The position numbers and the translations under genes are program-made. Below the pieces are notes generated by a model that worked only from the letters and a program-made list of their open reading frames with translations, was not told where the DNA came from and did no database searches. From contig CBDCKW010000009.1 in assembly GCA_965218435.1 (NCBI GenBank), positions 2,752,001-2,816,000 of the forward strand: a stretch of 64,000 nt of DNA. Direction: 5' to 3'. Positions within the stretch are counted from its first letter, which is position 1. Every line of letters starts with the position of its first letter. This DNA is from Truepera sp. GTDB lineage: Bacteria > Deinococcota > Deinococci > Deinococcales > Trueperaceae. Positions 1 to 11,022 of the stretch are shown one piece after another.

Positions 1-142
1 CGCGCGTTTTGGTCGCGGCGGTTCCGCGGCGGCGTTTGGAAAGTTGCCATGAGACAACTTCGTGCAACACCGCTTCTTTAGGTTCAGGCAGCTCGAGCGT
101 CACTTTACGCTCTGAACCGATCACATCGAGAGTCACAGCCAT
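1..142 (-). CDS. rplD: 50S ribosomal protein L4 (N-terminal part, runs off window)
   Basis: Manual translation from the ATG at 142, which overlaps the rpl[52 protein letters not shown]. This carries the L4 'RRGT..TKTR' motif and sits in the S10 operon position. Confidence 0.93.
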   Translation of the reverse strand, partial: MAVTLDVIGSERKVTLELPEPKEAVLHEVVSWQLSKRRRGTAATKTR

Positions 143-762
143 TACGACGCCTTCCTCTGCGAATCTTTGACGATGACCAGACCACCGTTTGCACCGGGAA
201 TCGCGCCTTTGATGAGAAGCAAATTCTCGTCGGGGCGAATCTCGAGGAGCTCGAGGCCGACCGTCGTCACCCGTTCGTTACCGTACTGTCCGGCCATCTT
301 TTTACCCTTGTAAACGCGGCCCGGAAACTTACGCTGACCAATAGACCCCGGCGCACGGTGCTTTTTCTTAACGCCGTGCGACGCGGGCATCCCGGCGAAG
401 TTCCAGCGTTTCATTACGCCAGTCATACCGCGGCCTTTGGTGGTACCCGTCACATCAACTCTTTGACCCGCTTCGAAAATCTCAACCGTGACGCTGTCGT
501 CTTCAGGCGCGTAATCACGAAACTCGAGCAGTGTTTTTTGCGCGCCTACACCAGCTTTTTTGGCGTGGCCCAACTCGGGCTTGTTCGCCACTTTGGGTCG
601 CTTTTCCGACCAACCGAGCTGAACGGCGCTGTAGCCGTCCGTCTGCGGCGTTTTACGTTGCACAACCGGGCAGGGGCCTGCGAGTACGACAGTTACCGGG
701 ATCAGCCGGTCTCCCTGCCATACTTGCGTCATCCCCACCTTGGTGCCTAAAATTCCTTTCAC
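142..762 (-). CDS. rplC: 50S ribosomal protein L3
   Basis: [14 protein letters not shown]-terminus, HRAPGSIG and [11 protein letters not shown] motifs; follows rpsJ. Confidence 0.98.
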   Translation of the reverse strand: MKGILGTKVGMTQVWQGDRLIPVTVVLAGPCPVVQRKTPQTDGYSAVQLGWSEKRPKVANKPELGHAKKAGVGAQKTLLEFRDYAPEDDSVTVEIFEAGQRVDVTGTTKGRGMTGVMKRWNFAGMPASHGVKKKHRAPGSIGQRKFPGRVYKGKKMAGQYGNERVTTVGLELLEIRPDENLLLIKGAIPGANGGLVIVKDSQRKAS

Positions 763-1082
763 TACCGGCCTCCGACTGTCTTGATCTCGATATCAACCCC
801 CGTCGGGAGGTCTAGGTGCATCAGGCTGTCTATAGTGCTTTTCGTCGGGGTTTTAATATCGATCAGCCGGTTGTGGGTGCGGATTTCAAAGTGTTCTCTC
901 GAGTCTTTATCAACAAAAGGGCTGCGGAGCACACAGAAACGGCGGATACGCGTCGGGAGCGGCACAGGGCCAGCTACCTTCGCACCGGTACGTTTAACCG
1001 TATCAACAATCTTAGTTGCCGACGAATCCAAACTACGGTGGTCAAACGCCCGGAGTTTGATCCGAATACGAGGGGACGCCAT
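762..1082 (-). CDS. rpsJ: 30S ribosomal protein S10
   Basis: [43 protein letters not shown]. Confidence 0.98.
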   Translation of the reverse strand: MASPRIRIKLRAFDHRSLDSSATKIVDTVKRTGAKVAGPVPLPTRIRRFCVLRSPFVDKDSREHFEIRTHNRLIDIKTPTKSTIDSLMHLDLPTGVDIEIKTVGGR

Positions 1083-2299
1083 TACTTGGTCACCTGACTA
1101 ACGACACCAGCTCCAACGGTTCTGCCCCCTTCACGAATGGCAAAGCGCAAGCCCTCTTCCATCGCAATGGGTTTGATCAGGTCCACGTCTAACTCGATGT
1201 TGTCGCCCGGCATCACCATCTCCACGCCGTCAGGCAAGGTGCACACCCCGGTGACGTCGGTGGTGCGGAAGTAAAACTGCGGCCGGTAGCCGGTAAAGAA
1301 CGCGCTGTGCCGTCCGCCTTCTTCTTTTTTCAAGATGTACACCGAGCCCTTAAAGCCCGTGTGCGGGGTGATCGAGCCAGGCTTGGACAAGACCTGCCCA
1401 CGTTCGATGTCGTCACGTTGCACCCCCCGGAGCAAGACGCCGACGTTATCCCCGGCAATCCCGGAGTCGAGCGTTTTCCGGTGCATCTCGACGCCGGTTA
1501 CGATGCTCTTGCGGGTGTCCGTCAGACCGACAATCGCAATCTCTTCGCCGGTTTTAACCTGACCACGTTCGACCCGGCCGGTGGCGACTGTGCCGCGGCC
1601 GGTAATGGTAAACACGTCTTCTACCGGCATCAAGAAGGGGCGGTCGATGTCGCGTTCGGGGGTAGGGATGTACGAGTCAACGGCGTCTAAGAGTTCCCAG
1701 ATATGATCCACCCATTCGTTTTCGCCGCGTTGGGTGTTAGGGTTGGCGGTCAGGGCGTCCAAGGCTTTAAGGGCGGAGCCTTTGATCACCGGGATGTCGT
1801 CGCCGGGAAAGTCGTAAGACGACAAGAGCTCACGGACTTCCATCTCAACGAGTTCTAACAGTTCTTCGTCGTCGACCATATCGGTCTTGTTCATAAACAC
1901 GACGATGTACGGCACGCCGACCTGACGGGCCAACAAGATATGTTCTCTCGTTTGCGGCATCGGGCCGTCGGCGGCTGAAACGACCAAGATCGCGCCGTCC
2001 ATCTGGGCGGCTCCGGTAATCATGTTCTTCACGTAGTCGGCGTGACCGGGGCAGTCCACGTGCGAGTAGTGCCGCGCGGCTGTTTGGTACTCGACGTGCG
2101 AGGTGTTGATCGTAATGCCGCGAGCTTTCTCTTCGGGCGCTTTGTCGATCATGTCGTACGAGAGGGTCTCGATCGTCGGATCGGACGCTGCTGCCGTAAA
2201 CGTAATCGCTGCGGTGAGGGTGGTCTTGCCGTGGTCGACGTGCCCCACTGTCCCAATATTCACGTGCGGCTTAGTCCGCGTAAAGGTCGCTTTTGCCAT
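1082..2299 (-). CDS. tuf: Elongation factor Tu
   Basis: [46 protein letters not shown]. Confidence 0.99.
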   Translation of the reverse strand: MAKATFTRTKPHVNIGTVGHVDHGKTTLTAAITFTAAASDPTIETLSYDMIDKAPEEKARGITINTSHVEYQTAARHYSHVDCPGHADYVKNMITGAAQMDGAILVVSAADGPMPQTREHILLARQVGVPYIVVFMNKTDMVDDEELLELVEMEVRELLSSYDFPGDDIPVIKGSALKALDALTANPNTQRGENEWVDHIWELLDAVDSYIPTPERDIDRPFLMPVEDVFTITGRGTVATGRVERGQVKTGEEIAIVGLTDTRKSIVTGVEMHRKTLDSGIAGDNVGVLLRGVQRDDIERGQVLSKPGSITPHTGFKGSVYILKKEEGGRHSAFFTGYRPQFYFRTTDVTGVCTLPDGVEMVMPGDNIELDVDLIKPIAMEEGLRFAIREGGRTVGAGVVSQVTK

Positions 2300-2365
2300 G
2301 CTTTTTGTCTCCTAAAACTGTATGTACGTGTCGAGGTGACGTCAGCAACGTCACCTCGAGCCAAA

Positions 2366-4438
2366 CTACTTCTTGGTGAGTTCTTCCTGAATGTTGCGCG
2401 GAACTTGCGCGTAGTGGTCTAACACCATGCTGAAGGTTGCGCGGCCTTGTGTGAGGCTGCGGAGGTCGGTCGCGTACCCGAACATCTCCGAAAGCGGGAC
2501 GTGCGCACTGATGACCTGCGCGTTGCCGCGTGGCTGCATCCCCTGAATCTGACCACGGCGCGAGTTGAGGCTACCGATCGCGTCACCCATGTAGTTTTCG
2601 GGGGTCACGACCTCAACGCTCATGACGGGCTCGAGCACCGCTGGGCCACCCTTACTCATCACTTCTTTAATCGCCATTGACGCCGCAATCTTAAAGGCCA
2701 TTTCGGATGAGTCAACTTCGTGGTACGAACCGTCGTAGACGCTGACCTTCATGTCTACAATGGGAAAGCCCAACAGCGGCCCGTTTTGCATCGCTTCTTC
2801 CACGCCTTTTTGCACGGCGGGAATGTATTCACGGGGGATTGTCCCACCGACAACGGCGTTTTCAAACTCGAAACCGCTACCACGCTCGAGCGGCTCTGCC
2901 TTGAGGCGCACGTCACCGTACTGACCCCGGCCACCCGACTGCCGGACGAACTTGCCCTGCACATCAACCGGACGGGTGATGGTTTCGCGGTAAGCGACCT
3001 GCGGCGCACCGACGGTCGCGCTGACATTGAACTCGCGGCGGAGGCGGTCAACGATGATCTCCAGGTGAAGCTCGCCCATCCCCGAAATCGTAGTTTGGCC
3101 GGTTTCCGGGTCGGTTTCAACGCGGAAGGTCGGGTCTTCTTCAGCCAGCTTGACCATGCCGTTCGAGAGCTTGTCCTGGTCGGCTTTGGACGAAGGCTCG
3201 ATGGCGACGGTGATGACCGGTTCGGGGAATTCCATACGCTCGAGGATAATCGGTGAGTCCGAATCCGCGAGCGTGTCGCCGGTCGTGGTGTCCTTTAGAC
3301 CGATAATCGCCCCTAGGTCACCGGCACCGATACGCTCGATCTCTTCACGGTTGTTCGAGTGCATCTTAAGGAGACGCCCGACGCGTTCCTTTTTACCCTT
3401 CGAGACGTTGTAGATATACGAACCCGATTCCAAAACGCCCGAGTAAACACGCACAAAGGTCAAACGGCCCACGTAGGGATCAGTAGCGATCTTAAAAGCG
3501 AGCGCGGAGATCGGTCCGTTTTCGTCCGCAGCACGCGTATCTTCCTTTTCTGAATCGGGCAAGATGCCGCGAATCGGCGGTACGTCCAGCGGGCTCGGCA
3601 GATAGTAGGTCACGGCGTCTAACAGACGTTGTACGCCCTTATTTTTAAGTGCTGAACCACACAAGACCGGATAGTGCCTAAGCGAAACGACACCTTCACG
3701 GATCGCCGCCTTGACCACGTCGCCGGGAATCTCTTCACCCTCGAGGTAGAGCATCGCCAGATCGTCGGAAATGTCCGCGAGTTTCTCGAGCATGAGGCCG
3801 CGTTTTTCTTCGGCGATGTCGGCGTACTCGGCGGGGATGTCCGATTCTTCGATATTCTGACCTAAATCGTCCAGATAGGTGAAGGCCCGCATCTCAACGA
3901 GGTCAATAATGCCTTTGAACGAATCTTCTTGACCCATCGGCCACTGAATCGGCACGGCGTTCGCCCCAAGGCGCTCTTCCATCGAAGTCAGTACGAGCTG
4001 AAAGTCTGCGCCGGTTTTGTCCATCTTGTTTGCAAACGCGAGGCGCGGAACGCGGTACTTGTCGGCTTGCCGCCAGACGGTTTCAGATTGCGGCTCGACC
4101 CCTTGTGACGCGTCGAACACAGCGACAGCGGCGTCAAGCACCCGCATCGAACGCTCGACTTCCATCGTAAAGTCTACGTGTCCGGGGGTGTCAATGATGT
4201 TAATCCGGTAATCTTTCCAAAACGCCTGCGTCACCGCCGACGTAATGGTGATCCCGCGTTCGCGCTCCTGCTCCATCCAGTCCATCGTAGCTGCGCCTTC
4301 GTGAACTTCGCCGGTTTTATGAATCCGGCCGGTGTAGAACAAAATACGCTCGGTCAGGGTCGTTTTACCCGCGTCAATGTGCGCGGCGATCCCAATATTT
4401 CGCGTCATGTTCAGGTCAATGCCTGTTTTGGTTGCCAT
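2366..4438 (-). CDS. fusA: Elongation factor G
   Basis: [41 protein letters not shown]; 690 aa. Confidence 0.99.
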   Translation of the reverse strand: MATKTGIDLNMTRNIGIAAHIDAGKTTLTERILFYTGRIHKTGEVHEGAATMDWMEQERERGITITSAVTQAFWKDYRINIIDTPGHVDFTMEVERSMRVLDAAVAVFDASQGVEPQSETVWRQADKYRVPRLAFANKMDKTGADFQLVLTSMEERLGANAVPIQWPMGQEDSFKGIIDLVEMRAFTYLDDLGQNIEESDIPAEYADIAEEKRGLMLEKLADISDDLAMLYLEGEEIPGDVVKAAIREGVVSLRHYPVLCGSALKNKGVQRLLDAVTYYLPSPLDVPPIRGILPDSEKEDTRAADENGPISALAFKIATDPYVGRLTFVRVYSGVLESGSYIYNVSKGKKERVGRLLKMHSNNREEIERIGAGDLGAIIGLKDTTTGDTLADSDSPIILERMEFPEPVITVAIEPSSKADQDKLSNGMVKLAEEDPTFRVETDPETGQTTISGMGELHLEIIVDRLRREFNVSATVGAPQVAYRETITRPVDVQGKFVRQSGGRGQYGDVRLKAEPLERGSGFEFENAVVGGTIPREYIPAVQKGVEEAMQNGPLLGFPIVDMKVSVYDGSYHEVDSSEMAFKIAASMAIKEVMSKGGPAVLEPVMSVEVVTPENYMGDAIGSLNSRRGQIQGMQPRGNAQVISAHVPLSEMFGYATDLRSLTQGRATFSMVLDHYAQVPRNIQEELTKK

Positions 4439-4493
4439 AATCTCTCCTGTAGTTCAAGCAGCACTTGCCGCTGAGCAGAGGTCAGCGCCTAGA

Positions 4494-4545
4494 ACGCTGT
4501 TGCCTCGAGGGTAGCGCCGGAGACGCTGTTGCCTCGAGCTTAGCG
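4494..4545. repeat. Two 23-bp direct repeats (period 29) in the rpsG-fusA spacer
   Basis: ACGCTGTTGCCTCGAGGGTAGCG (4494-4516) and ACGCTGTTGCCTCGAGCTTAGCG (4523-4545). Confidence 0.85.
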
Positions 4546-4568
4546 TCATGGACGCCTTCAGCTCACTT

Positions 4569-5039
4569 TTACCAACGGTAATGCGCGTAAGCGCGGTTCG
4601 CTTCGGCCATCCGCTCGACGTCGTCTTTTTTCTTGACGGCCCCACCCCGGCCTGCGGCGGCGTCTAAAAGCTCACCGGCGACGCGTTCAACGGCGGTGCG
4701 TTCGGGACGCGCGTTTGACGCAGCAACGAGCCAGCGAAGGGCTAAAGACTGGGCGCGGCGCGGCGCGACTTCGATAGGAACCTGATAGGTGGCCCCACCG
4801 ACGCGGCGGCTTTTCACTTCGATTCGGGGTTTAATATTGTCTAGCCCTTGACGAAAAACCTTGAGCGGTTCTTGCCCACTGCGGTCTTGGATCAAGCGGC
4901 ACGCACCGTAAAAAATGCGGCTAGCCAGGTTCTTTTTGCCGTCACGCATCAACTTATTGACGAACGCCGTCACGGTCGTGTCGCTGTAAACGAGGTCGGG
5001 CTCGAGGCGGCGGATTTCAGCTCTTCTTCTACGTCCCAT
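4569..5039 (-). CDS. rpsG: 30S ribosomal protein S7
   Basis: MRDGKK, SRRVGGATYQVP, MAEANRAYAHYRW. Confidence 0.98.
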   Translation of the reverse strand: MGRRRRAEIRRLEPDLVYSDTTVTAFVNKLMRDGKKNLASRIFYGACRLIQDRSGQEPLKVFRQGLDNIKPRIEVKSRRVGGATYQVPIEVAPRRAQSLALRWLVAASNARPERTAVERVAGELLDAAAGRGGAVKKKDDVERMAEANRAYAHYRW

Positions 5040-5042
5040 ATC

Positions 5043-5444
5043 CTACTTCGCTTTCGGTTTCTTCGTACCGTATTTGCTACGGCCCTGGTTACGCTGAACA
5101 TAGCGGCCAACCCCGACACCCTGAGCGTCAAGTGCGCCGCGAACGATGTGGTAACGCACGCCCGGCAGGTCCTTCACACGGCCGCCGCGGATTAACACGA
5201 CCGAGTGCTCTTGTAAGTTGTGTTTTTCACCCGGAATATAGGCGGTCACTTCAGCGCCGTGCGAAAGGCGAACACGCGCGATTTTACGGAGCGCCGAGTT
5301 GGGCTTTTTCGGAGTCTGCGTTTTAACTACGGTGCAAACACCACGGCGCTGCGGGCTCCCCTTAAGGGCTGGAACTTTATTTTTCTTCGGGAGCGCCTTG
5401 CGCCCTTTGCGCAGGAGTTGGTTAACAGTTGGCAGAGCAATCAC
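5043..5444 (-). CDS. rpsL: 30S ribosomal protein S12 (true start may be the CTG at 5435)
   Basis: [33 protein letters not shown]. Confidence 0.98.
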   Translation of the reverse strand: MIALPTVNQLLRKGRKALPKKNKVPALKGSPQRRGVCTVVKTQTPKKPNSALRKIARVRLSHGAEVTAYIPGEKHNLQEHSVVLIRGGRVKDLPGVRYHIVRGALDAQGVGVGRYVQRNQGRSKYGTKKPKAK

Positions 5445-5835
5445 GTCCTCTCAGGTCTTACCTGGTTGCGAGCTTGGGTAAGCTGCAAGGTTGTCTTAGT
5501 GTGGTGGGCGGCAAACGTAGCGGAGCTACATAACGTGGCTACAAAGGCGTTACGGAAACTGGCTGCACACGACAAAACTGCTCCCAGACCCAACGCTGCG
5601 GGTTAGGGAGTTCAAACACTCAAGTATAGCCGCGCGGCAAGTGAAAAATCAACCCTGGGACAACATCTATACTCGGTAGTCCTAAACGTAACGAAGCGAA
5701 AGGGGTTAGCTACCGCTAAGGACGTAAGTGTCGGCTGCTCTAAAAGTTGCTCAGAATCAGTAGGCAATTGTCAAGAAGATAACCGCACAGCAAAAGTTAA
5801 GAAACGCTTCAGCTTTAGAGTCTAAGCTGCCGGTT

Positions 5836-6204
5836 GTGATTAAGCCCCATTCCATTTTACTTTTAAGCGCAGGTTTGGCGTTGTGCGCTGCTATTTTTCT
5901 GAACCTCGCCCACCATGAACCCAAAGCTGCCCTTGCTGCTGGTTACGCCCTGCTTGCCGGGATAACCTCGTTGGCGCTCTACCTGAGCAGTCGCCAAACA
6001 GCCCGCACGCTCAGTACAAAAGCGTTCGGTACAAAAGAAGCTGACATCCAAACACCGCAGACCTTGGAAGTGAGAAAGACTCAATCTTTAGCGCAGCTAG
6101 ACAAGCGCACAGCTCAGCGTCAAGCAGATAAGGACGTCAGTAGACCTTCAAGCAAAGAAGCCAGCCGTTACGAACCGCGTTATACCAACCACAGCCGCGC
6201 GTAA
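5836..6204 (+). CDS. Hypothetical membrane protein
   Basis: Two hydrophobic N-terminal segments followed by a basic tail; TAAGCT -10-like hexamer 7 nt before the GTG; 3' end overlaps the convergent amylosucrase gene. Confidence 0.5.
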   Translation: MIKPHSILLLSAGLALCAAIFLNLAHHEPKAALAAGYALLAGITSLALYLSSRQTARTLSTKAFGTKEADIQTPQTLEVRKTQSLAQLDKRTAQRQADKDVSRPSSKEASRYEPRYTNHSRA

Positions 6205-8123
6205 GGGGGCAGCTCGAGCCCCCCGCCCTGCGGCGCAACCCGGTGTCCGGTCAATTGGTCGGTTAGCTCAGTAAACGCGTAAGGACCGAGTGCGCTGACC
6301 GGCAATATCTGCGTCTGTTCGGTAAAGTTGTAGACGCAGAGCAGCGTTCCGAGCGGATGCGGCCGAACATAGGCAAGAAAGGGGTGCGGCACGTCTAAGA
6401 TTTCGGTTTGATAACCCGCGTGAAGCTGCGGCGTGTGGCGGCGAACACGGACCAAATGGGCAACCCCGGCAAAGACTCGAGCCTCAGGCGTCCCGGCCTC
6501 GAAACGCCGCTCGGCCCGTTTCCAGTCCATGTACGGTCGGTGGACCCAGCGGTTGTCGTCCCGAGTATCCGGGTTTTCCGTAAAGGTGTAGTTGTTTAGG
6601 AGCCCTAGTTCATCGCCCATATAGAGGAGCGGCACCCCGCCAAAGCCGAGCATCATGGCAAACCCCAACAAAATGCGCTCGAGGCTGAGGTCAACGCCGT
6701 GGGCGTCGTCTCGGGCGAGGGCTTGCTCGAGCCCCGCCAGACTTGCCAAGGTTCCCGAAATCCGCCGGTCGTTCGTCGCCGGATTGTACTGAAACACCTC
6801 GCCGACCGCGTGTGAACCTGGAAACATCCCCGAATAATAATCAGACAAAAAGCTGCGGTGCGCCGCGCCGTCTAAATTAACCGCCGCCGCGTCTTCGTCG
6901 GTCACGGCCCAACCGATGTCGTCGTGACAGCGGATATAGGTCGCCCACGCCGTATTGGGCGGTGTCGGCGGGAAACCCCTTAGAACGTGCGCCATTAGCC
7001 CCGTATCCCAACTTGCCAAAGATGACCAAAACTGCACCATCAGCGAGTTGTGATACGCCAAATTCGAGACCTTACCAAAGTGCGACCCGGTGCCGAAATA
7101 CTGCACCAAGTCCGCCGGTGAGACGATCGCTTCGGCTTTGTGAATTACAGCCGGAGCCACGATCTTTGAGCACGCCCGGAGCGCCTGCAAAAGCATATGC
7201 ACTTCGGGTTGATTTTGCGAGTTCGTCCCGAGCCGTTTCCACATAAACGCCACCGCGTCGAGGCGAAAAACCTCAACACCCCGGTTGGCAAGAGTCAGAA
7301 GGATGCTGGTGACCTCTAAAAACACGTCCGGATTCGTATAGTTGAGGTCCCACTGGTAGGTGTTAAAAGTCGTCCAGACCCAACGCTCCATCTCCGGCAC
7401 ATAAGAGAAGTTGCCGGGCGCAAAGTCGGGAAAAACTTCGGGCAGCGTCCGTTCAAATTGGTCGGGAACGGTTCGCTCAGGATAGGTATAAAAATAGGCT
7501 TGATAATGTGGGTCGCCCTGTTTGGCAGCTTCAGCCCATCTATGCGTATCGGCGCAGTGGTTGAGCACAAGGTCTAAACAGAGACTGATGCCGGAGCCGC
7601 GCAGCGTAGCACAAAGAGCCTCGAGGTCGTCTACCGTGCCTAGACTGGGTTGCACTGCCAAGTAGTCTTCAACCGCGTAACCACCGTCGTTCTCCCCCGC
7701 TCTGGTCTTTAAGACCGACATCAGGTGCAGATAGCTTACGCTCAGCTCTGCTAAATAGTCTAAATGCTCGGCGACGCCCGTCAGATTCTGCGCGAACCGC
7801 TCGGCGTAGGCGACGTAACCGATCATGGTCTCACGCTGAAACCAGTCGGGGGTCAGTTCACGCTCCAAATCGAGAACTTTGAGGGCTTCGGGGCGATCGC
7901 GGTAAAACTCCGCGAGTTTAAGAACAAGGCGAGCCAGCACCGCTTCAAACTCAGGCTTTGTACCGTAAAGAGGTTCCAACCCCTCGTAAAGATTGCCGAA
8001 CTGCCGCGCCAACCTCAACGTAAAAATTTGCTGATCACGTTGGGCCAAACCCTCGAGGACTTTATCAAGTTGAACCGTCTCGAGCAGACGCTCTAAAACG
8101 GCTTGAACCTCAGCCGAACGCAC
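6180..8123 (-). CDS. Amylosucrase-like GH13 glycoside hydrolase
   Basis: DGGYAV, DLVLNH, FRLDAVAF (nucleophile), KAEAIV (acid/base), YIRCHDDIGW, RISGTLASLAG, DNRWVHRP. Confidence 0.88.
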   Translation of the reverse strand: MRSAEVQAVLERLLETVQLDKVLEGLAQRDQQIFTLRLARQFGNLYEGLEPLYGTKPEFEAVLARLVLKLAEFYRDRPEALKVLDLERELTPDWFQRETMIGYVAYAERFAQNLTGVAEHLDYLAELSVSYLHLMSVLKTRAGENDGGYAVEDYLAVQPSLGTVDDLEALCATLRGSGISLCLDLVLNHCADTHRWAEAAKQGDPHYQAYFYTYPERTVPDQFERTLPEVFPDFAPGNFSYVPEMERWVWTTFNTYQWDLNYTNPDVFLEVTSILLTLANRGVEVFRLDAVAFMWKRLGTNSQNQPEVHMLLQALRACSKIVAPAVIHKAEAIVSPADLVQYFGTGSHFGKVSNLAYHNSLMVQFWSSLASWDTGLMAHVLRGFPPTPPNTAWATYIRCHDDIGWAVTDEDAAAVNLDGAAHRSFLSDYYSGMFPGSHAVGEVFQYNPATNDRRISGTLASLAGLEQALARDDAHGVDLSLERILLGFAMMLGFGGVPLLYMGDELGLLNNYTFTENPDTRDDNRWVHRPYMDWKRAERRFEAGTPEARVFAGVAHLVRVRRHTPQLHAGYQTEILDVPHPFLAYVRPHPLGTLLCVYNFTEQTQILPVSALGPYAFTELTDQLTGHRVAPQGGGLELPPYARLWLV

Positions 8124-9275
8124 CTAGCTCGGCTCCAAGCCAGTCAGTTTACGGCGGACAGCCTGAACCTTTTCCGCTGCCGCTACCGGAGTTTCGGCCA
8201 GTGCTGTCAGATGCCCCATTTTACGGCCGGGGCGCGGGTCGGTTTTACCGTAAAGGTGGAGAAATACGCCCGGTTCTGCTAAAACCGCACGCCAATCAGG
8301 TTCACCACCTACCCACAGGTCGCCGAGCAGATTGGCCATCGCTGCCGGACGCTGCGTCGGGGTAAAGAGGGGCAACCCACACACCGCGCGAAGCTGCAGT
8401 TCAAACTGACTTATGTCACACGCTTCGATGCTCAGGTGTCCGGAGTTGTGCGGACGTGGGGCCAGTTCGTTGACGAGGAGCATTCCGTTTGTAAGAAAAA
8501 ACTCGGTGCAGAGCACGCCCACCACGTCTAAAGCTTCCATAATTTCGCAGGTCAGCTCTGCAGCACGTGTTGCTGTTGTAGCGGACACGTCGGCGGGGGC
8601 GAGCGAAACATCTAAGATGTGCCGGACGTGGCGGTTTTCAGGGGGGGCCAGGTGAACAAACGTGCCGTCTAAACCGCGTGCGCCGACGACCGACAGCTCC
8701 CGGTCAAAGGTAATAAACGCCTCTAAAATACATTCGCTGTCTAGTTCGGCAAATGCTGAGGTCGCCTCGGTGAGAGACTTAACGATTCGTTGCCCTTTGC
8801 CGTCGTAGCCGAACCCGGCTGTTTTGAGGACCGCCGGGGTGCCGAGTTCACGCAAGGCCAGCTCGAGTTCATCCGCTTTACGGATCGGCCTGAAGGGGGG
8901 CGTCGGCAAGCCCTGTTTGGCAAGAAACGTTTTTTCCCGGAGACGGTGCTGCGCGGTGTAGAGCGCCCGCCAACCGGGGCGCACGGGCGCGTAGATGGCG
9001 GCGGCCTCGAGCGCAGTGACCGGCACGTTTTCAAACTCGAGGGTGATCACATCAACTTCGCGGGCAAACGCGGCGACGGCCCCAAGGTCGGTATAGGCGG
9101 CGACGTGTTCAGAGTCGGCGACACTACCGGCGGGCGAGGCCGCTTCGGGTGAAAAGACCGAGACGCGGTAGCCCAACCGTTTGGCGACGAAGGCGAGCAT
9201 CCGCCCCAACTGGCCCCCACCAAAGATGCCCACCGTGCTACCGGGTAAAATAACCTTGGCCGCGTCTATACTCAC
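8124..9275 (-). CDS. purK: N5-carboxyaminoimidazole ribonucleotide synthase
   Basis: [47 protein letters not shown]. Confidence 0.96.
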   Translation of the reverse strand: MSIDAAKVILPGSTVGIFGGGQLGRMLAFVAKRLGYRVSVFSPEAASPAGSVADSEHVAAYTDLGAVAAFAREVDVITLEFENVPVTALEAAAIYAPVRPGWRALYTAQHRLREKTFLAKQGLPTPPFRPIRKADELELALRELGTPAVLKTAGFGYDGKGQRIVKSLTEATSAFAELDSECILEAFITFDRELSVVGARGLDGTFVHLAPPENRHVRHILDVSLAPADVSATTATRAAELTCEIMEALDVVGVLCTEFFLTNGMLLVNELAPRPHNSGHLSIEACDISQFELQLRAVCGLPLFTPTQRPAAMANLLGDLWVGGEPDWRAVLAEPGVFLHLYGKTDPRPGRKMGHLTALAETPVAAAEKVQAVRRKLTGLEPS

Positions 9276-9757
9276 AAAAGCTCCGCTGCTAAAACACGTT
9301 CAGTTTGTGCCCTGCGAAACTCACCGAGTTTTGTTCGCAGTTCGGGTCGGCTGTTCGCTAAAATCGCCACTGCCAGGAGCGCCGCGTTCGTCGCCCCGGC
9401 TTGCCCAATCGCAAGTGTCCCGACGGGAATACCCGCCGGCATCTGCACGATAGATAAAAGTGAGTCCATACCCTTAAGCGTCCGGCTTTCGACCGGGACA
9501 CCGAGTACCGGGAGCGGCGTCTGCGCGGCGATCATGCCTGGTAGATGCGCCGCGCCGCCCGCACCTGCGATGATAACCTCGAGTCCAGCCCCGACCGCGC
9601 CCTCGGCAAACGCGGTCAGCTTGGCCGGGGTTCGGTGCGCCGAAACCACCTCGCAAAGGTGAGGTACGTCAAAGTCTTCTAACACCTTAGCAGCGTGCTG
9701 CATCGTCTCCCAATCCGAGGTGCTGCCCATCACGACAGCGGCGAGTGCGTCAGCCAC
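9272..9757 (-). CDS. purE: N5-CAIR mutase
   Basis: [36 protein letters not shown]. Confidence 0.97.
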   Translation of the reverse strand: MADALAAVVMGSTSDWETMQHAAKVLEDFDVPHLCEVVSAHRTPAKLTAFAEGAVGAGLEVIIAGAGGAAHLPGMIAAQTPLPVLGVPVESRTLKGMDSLLSIVQMPAGIPVGTLAIGQAGATNAALLAVAILANSRPELRTKLGEFRRAQTERVLAAELL

Positions 9758-10745
9758 GGGTTGCCTCCAAAGTGGATTCAGCCGAGGCGGTTGCGCGCAC
9801 CAAACGGTCGCGGACAGCCGCCCAAACCGGGGTTTCCGGAACCGCTTCGATCAAGATACGCGCCGCCCCGGACGCGTCGAGGTCGCGGAGCGCGGCGTAG
9901 AGGGCGCGGGCGTATCCTTCGGGGTCGCCTGGGAGCGTCAACCAAGTTTGCGCCGCCGAAATCTGAGGACGGCGGCTCAGCACCGCGTCGGTCTCGAGGC
10001 TCTGCGAAACGTCCTCGAGCAAAAAGGCGGGTGTCTGCGGCGCGTAGTGACTTTGAAGACTTCCGGAGACGCGGGGCGTCGCCCCTGTACCCCGTTCGAG
10101 TAAGACAGGCAGCTGCAAAACCGCTTCTAACCTCGCCGCCGAAACCGCGCCGGGGCGCAATATCCTCGGTACGCCGCCACTCAAAGCCATACTCAAATCT
10201 AAGATGGTGGACTCGAGCCCCACGTCAGCTGCGCCACCGTCCAATATAGGAACTCGCGCACCGAATTCGGCCCGGACGTGCTCGGCTGTGGTCGGTGAAA
10301 TGCGGCCGAAACGGTTGGCTGAGGGTGCCGCAACGCCGCCGCCGAAATGCCTTAGCAGTTCTAAAGCCACCGGATGCGCCGGAACCCGCACGCCGACCGT
10401 ATCTTGCCCCCCGGTTACCACGTCACTGACCCAAGGTTGCCGCTCTAAAATCAGCGTAAGCGGTCCCGGCCAGAACGCCTCAACTAAAGGCCACGCCACC
10501 TTAGGGATATTTTTCGCCCAACTCTCCAGTTGGGTGACGTCCGGCAGATGGACGATCACCGGATGACTTGGGGGGCGACCCTTAAGCTGAAAAACTTGAC
10601 GAACCGCCCCTTCGCTTAGCGCGTCTGCGCCGAGGCCGTAAACCGTTTCGGTCGGAAACGCGACGACGCCACCGCGTTTTAGGCTCAGCGCAGCCCGCTC
10701 GGTCGTTAGGGGTACAGCGGTGGGTAAAGTCACGTCGTCAGTCAC
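9750..10745 (-). CDS. tsaC: Threonylcarbamoyl-AMP synthase (Sua5-type, with C-terminal SUA5 domain)
   Basis: [47 protein letters not shown]. Confidence 0.93.
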   Translation of the reverse strand: MTDDVTLPTAVPLTTERAALSLKRGGVVAFPTETVYGLGADALSEGAVRQVFQLKGRPPSHPVIVHLPDVTQLESWAKNIPKVAWPLVEAFWPGPLTLILERQPWVSDVVTGGQDTVGVRVPAHPVALELLRHFGGGVAAPSANRFGRISPTTAEHVRAEFGARVPILDGGAADVGLESTILDLSMALSGGVPRILRPGAVSAARLEAVLQLPVLLERGTGATPRVSGSLQSHYAPQTPAFLLEDVSQSLETDAVLSRRPQISAAQTWLTLPGDPEGYARALYAALRDLDASGAARILIEAVPETPVWAAVRDRLVRATASAESTLEATRG

Positions 10746-10857
10746 GCTGCTGAAAATACCACTCTCGCTAGGAGCCGGGGTTGCAACCTCTCACCAAATC
10801 GAGTTTTGCACCGACTTTTGGGCTTTCAGAAAAAGCCCGATAACGCGTCCTAGACGC

Positions 10858-10902
10858 TTAGGACAAACGTCCCAAGGATATTAGAGGGTCTTATGGTAGT
10901 TT
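10858..10902 (+). promoter_or_regulatory. Putative operator palindrome plus extended -10 upstream of the act operon
   Basis: TTAGGAC-AAAC-GTCCCAA (10858-10875) and TGgTAGTTT (10894-10902). Confidence 0.45.
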
Positions 10903-10906
10903 AATC

Positions 10907-11022
10907 TTGCCTAGTTTTCTCGCGGTCTTTTCGTTTGGTGGTCGCTTCTCTCTGCGCAACTCACAGCGTTTAGAAGACGGAAGCCACAACGCTTGAAAAA
11001 CCGAGAGAGCTTCGCTGGGTAA
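10907..11022 (+). ncRNA. Candidate structured RNA or leader (long imperfect hairpin)
   Basis: Nested complementarity: TTGCCTAG/CTGGGTAA, TTTTCTCGCGGTCTTTTC/GAAAAACCGAGAGAG, GTGG/CCAC, GCTTC/GAAGC; begins just after a -10 element. Confidence 0.35.
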
